A stretch of DNA of 64,000 bases from Gemmatimonadota bacterium (lineage in GTDB: Bacteria; Gemmatimonadota; Gemmatimonadetes; Palauibacterales; Palauibacteraceae). The stretch spans positions 95,824 through 159,823 of the forward strand of contig JBDHIO010000002.1 of the NCBI GenBank assembly GCA_039587355.1, in the 5' to 3' direction. Shown here piece after piece: positions 61,319 through 64,000 of the stretch. The notes under the pieces were generated by a model. That model saw nothing but the letters and a program-made list of their open reading frames with translations. It had not been told where the DNA came from and ran no database searches. The position numbers and the translations under genes are program-made. Numbering within the stretch: position 1 is the first letter of the stretch; every line of letters begins with the position of its first letter.

Positions 61319-63280
61319 TCACGATCCGTCGGCGCCCCCCGGGACCTGACGGCTGCCGGGAAGCTCGCGCAGATGCAGGTCGAGGAACTCGCGGATCTTT
61401 CGATATCCTTCGAGCTGGTTGTCCTTCTTCCTGAACCCGTGGCCTTCGTCGGGAAACAGGACGTACTCGACCGGGACCCCGTTCGCTCGCACCGCATCGA
61501 CGATCTCGTCGGACTCGACCTGAAGTACCCTCGGGTCGTTCGCCCCCTGCAGGACCATCAGCGGGCGGACGATCTGGTCTGCGTGAAAGATCGGCGACTT
61601 CGCGCGGAAGAACTCGTCGTCGTCGAAGTCCCCCATCTCGTGCTCGAGGGCGTCCTTCTGCGATCCCCACCACGGCGGGATGTTGTTCACGGTGCGGTGC
61701 CAGTTCGAGATCCCGAAGATATCCACGCCCACCGCGAACTCCTCGGGGCGGAACGTTAGAGCGGCGAGGGTCATGTACCCGCCGTAGCTACCGCCGATGA
61801 TCCCGATCCGCTCGGAATCGACCCAGCCGGTGTCGATGAGCAACTGCTTGCTCGCCACCACGTCGTCGAGATCCGCGTCCCCGTGCTTCCGATCGTCCAG
61901 GCCGAAGAAGGTCTTCCCGTACCCGGAACTCCCCCGGTTGTTGATCGCATAGACGGCGTATCCATGGTTGACCAGATACTGGATCAACCCGTTGTATTCG
62001 ACGCGAGACTGTCCTCCGGGTCCGCCGTGCACCCAGACCAGTGCGGGGACGGGAGTGCCGGGCGACGCCTGATGCGGCTTGTAGAGAACCCCCGGCACCT
62101 CGAGACCATCGTACGAGGCGAAGCGCGCCACCTCTCCGTCGACGAGGTGCCCGGCATCGATCGCCGCGTTCAACGAACTCGTCAGACGTATCGGCGTACG
62201 GCCAATCTCGGAGACGTAGAGGTTCGCCGGCGTGCGCGACGACGACGCGTACATGGCCAGCCTCGATTCGTCCGGCGAGACCCCCGCGTTCGCGATGTTC
62301 AGGTCCCCCATGTCGGGCAGGGTCACCTCGGACATGCCCGGCATCTCGAAGAGCCGGAGATCCGTCTCCGCGTCGGCGTTTATCGCCACGGTCATGTACC
62401 GGTCGTTCTTCGAGAACGAGGCGCCCAACACGTCCCAACCGGGGTCCAGCAGCGTCTGCATCTCTCCCGTTCCGAGGTCCATGATCGCGAGACGCATGAA
62501 CTCTCCGCCCTCGTTCGTCGTCAGGTAGAGCGACGAATTGTCGGGAGTGAACGCGACGGCCGAGTACGTGGCGTCCCCCTCGTGCGGAGTCAGGTGCCGC
62601 CGCTCACCCGTCTGGCGATCGAACAGAAACAGGTCCGAGTCGGACGAGAGATTGGTCTTCGAAAGGGCCAGCCAGCGCTTGTCGTCCGAGATCGCCGAGA
62701 CGTCGAGGCCCTCGTCGTTCTGGTAGAACAACGTTCGCGCGTAGCCGTTGGTCGCCACCTCGTAGGCGTCGAAGAACAACGGATTCCGTTCGTTCGTCAT
62801 CACGAAGAACGACTGATCGTCGGCCGCCCACCCGCCGAAGGTCGCGATCAGATCGTCGCCCGGCGTGACGTCGATGGTCGAACCGTCCGCCTCGCGCACG
62901 TAGATATGCGACAGCTCGTTCCCGCCCTGATCCGAGCTGTACACGATGCGGTCGTCCTCAGGGAAGTAGCCCGCCACCATGATCGCGTCGGTCTCGGAGT
63001 CCGTGAGCTGCTCGGGTGCCGAGCCGTCCACGGGCACCGCGTAGGCGTTGAAGATCCCGCTCTCGTCGCTGCTCACGAGGATCTTCGTGCCGTCGGGCGA
63101 GAAACTCGTCCCGAAAACGCCGGTGGTGCCGAGGAACTGCTCGATCGTGTACTGCGAAAAGCCGCCCTGTACCTCGGTCTCGTTCGGTGTACCGGCCGAA
63201 TCCGTTCCCGTCGAGCATCCGGAGGCCGTGGCTGCCAAGAGCAGGGCGAGCCCCCCGGTTCGTGGATAACGCATGTGCAT
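61319..63280 (-). CDS. S9 family serine peptidase (prolyl oligopeptidase/dipeptidyl-peptidase-like) with an N-terminal beta-propeller; lipoprotein
   Basis: Lipobox LLAATASGCS. C-terminal alpha/beta hydrolase with GGSYGGYM (GxSxGG nucleophile) and later D and H (PDEGHGF). Confidence 0.85.
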   Translation of the reverse strand: MHMRYPRTGGLALLLAATASGCSTGTDSAGTPNETEVQGGFSQYTIEQFLGTTGVFGTSFSPDGTKILVSSDESGIFNAYAVPVDGSAPEQLTDSETDAIMVAGYFPEDDRIVYSSDQGGNELSHIYVREADGSTIDVTPGDDLIATFGGWAADDQSFFVMTNERNPLFFDAYEVATNGYARTLFYQNDEGLDVSAISDDKRWLALSKTNLSSDSDLFLFDRQTGERRHLTPHEGDATYSAVAFTPDNSSLYLTTNEGGEFMRLAIMDLGTGEMQTLLDPGWDVLGASFSKNDRYMTVAINADAETDLRLFEMPGMSEVTLPDMGDLNIANAGVSPDESRLAMYASSSRTPANLYVSEIGRTPIRLTSSLNAAIDAGHLVDGEVARFASYDGLEVPGVLYKPHQASPGTPVPALVWVHGGPGGQSRVEYNGLIQYLVNHGYAVYAINNRGSSGYGKTFFGLDDRKHGDADLDDVVASKQLLIDTGWVDSERIGIIGGSYGGYMTLAALTFRPEEFAVGVDIFGISNWHRTVNNIPPWWGSQKDALEHEMGDFDDDEFFRAKSPIFHADQIVRPLMVLQGANDPRVLQVESDEIVDAVRANGVPVEYVLFPDEGHGFRKKDNQLEGYRKIREFLDLHLRELPGSRQVPGGADGS

Positions 63281-63306
63281 CTCCTTTCGGCCGCCGCGAA
63301 CGGTGC

Positions 63307-64000
63307 CTATCGCTCGATGAGTCGCCCGTGACGGGCGAGGATTCGCCGCACTTCTGACTCCGGCAGTTCATCGACCCGGTTGCCATCCCGTCCGATCATC
63401 GTCTCGGCCGCCACCATGGCGTTCGTGATCGCCTCCTCCGTCGCCAGCGCAACGGCCTGGAGCAGCGGGGAGATCGCGTCGTTCGACACCATCTCCACGG
63501 TCGTGTTGGAGTCCCGACTCCAGGCTCCGTCGTTCGCGGTCGAGAACGCGATGAAGATGTCCCCGGAGCTGTTGCTCCCGTAGCCACCCATGCGACCGAT
63601 CCCCGCGGGGACTCGGCGCGCCATCCGCTTGAGCTGGTGCGGGAGCAGCGGGGCATCGGTCGCGACGACGACGATGATCGATCCGACGTCGGACGGCGGG
63701 TCCGGGCTTTCCGGCCCGTCATCATCCTCCGGCGCGCCGGCCCAATCGACGAGCTCTTCTCCCACGGGCACTCCAGCGATCAGCAGATCCGGCCTGCGAC
63801 CGTAGTTGCACTGAACGAGTACGCCCACCGTGTAGTCGCTCACGACCCGCGACGAGGTCCCGATCCCGCCCTTGAATCCGTTGCAGACCATCCCGGTCCC
63901 GCCGCCCACCGATCCTTCGGTGACGCTCCCTCCCGTCGCGCCCTCGATCGCCGAGAACGTGTGCTCCTTGGTGACGTGGAATCCGTTGATATCGTTCAGC
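63307..64000 (-). CDS. DmpA/ArgJ-fold peptidase (S58 / P1 family L-aminopeptidase-like), 5' end outside the window
   Basis: GGGTGMVCNGFKGGIGTSSR matches the DmpA family self-processing region. The frame stays open upstream of the annotated GTG to the window end (...NGFHVTKEHTFSAIEGATGGSVTEGSV...). Confidence 0.6.
   Translation of the reverse strand, partial: LNDINGFHVTKEHTFSAIEGATGGSVTEGSVGGGTGMVCNGFKGGIGTSSRVVSDYTVGVLVQCNYGRRPDLLIAGVPVGEELVDWAGAPEDDDGPESPDPPSDVGSIIVVVATDAPLLPHQLKRMARRVPAGIGRMGGYGSNSSGDIFIAFSTANDGAWSRDSNTTVEMVSNDAISPLLQAVALATEEAITNAMVAAETMIGRDGNRVDELPESEVRRILARHGRLIER

Overview
High-GC (about 68-70% by eye) bacterial chromosomal segment, gene-dense on both strands, with frequent 4-nt start/stop overlaps. 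Lpt permeases, lipid A/LPS genes and many Sec/Tat/lipoprotein signals point to a diderm organism. No mobile elements, CRISPR arrays or rRNA/tRNA genes were recognised. Housekeeping content: gyrA, a recF-DUF721-gyrB cluster, thyX, glpK, a thiolase/3-hydroxybutyryl-CoA dehydrogenase/SPFH group, gmd plus a GDP-sugar epimerase/reductase, and LptF/LptG. Four things stand out. (1) A tightly coupled minus-strand operon (43.1-49.9 kb) with an LPS heptosyltransferase, a PorX-like REC-PglZ response regulator, an MsbA-like ABC exporter, a lipid A acyltransferase, a GT2 and a DUF3108 protein, lying next to divergent lptFG. (2) A tandem array of three paralogous single-pass membrane proteins upstream of a MATE exporter (1.6-5.6 kb). 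(3) A translationally coupled HEAT-repeat / HD-GYP pair. (4) A DUF547::TVP38/DedA fusion. A possible amide-metabolism neighbourhood (DMFase-large-subunit-like protein, GNAT, FmdB zinc ribbon, Tat-secreted amidase) and many secreted peptidases (M1, M48, S9, DmpA-like) are also present. Most long ORFs antisense to these genes are high-GC artefacts and were rejected.
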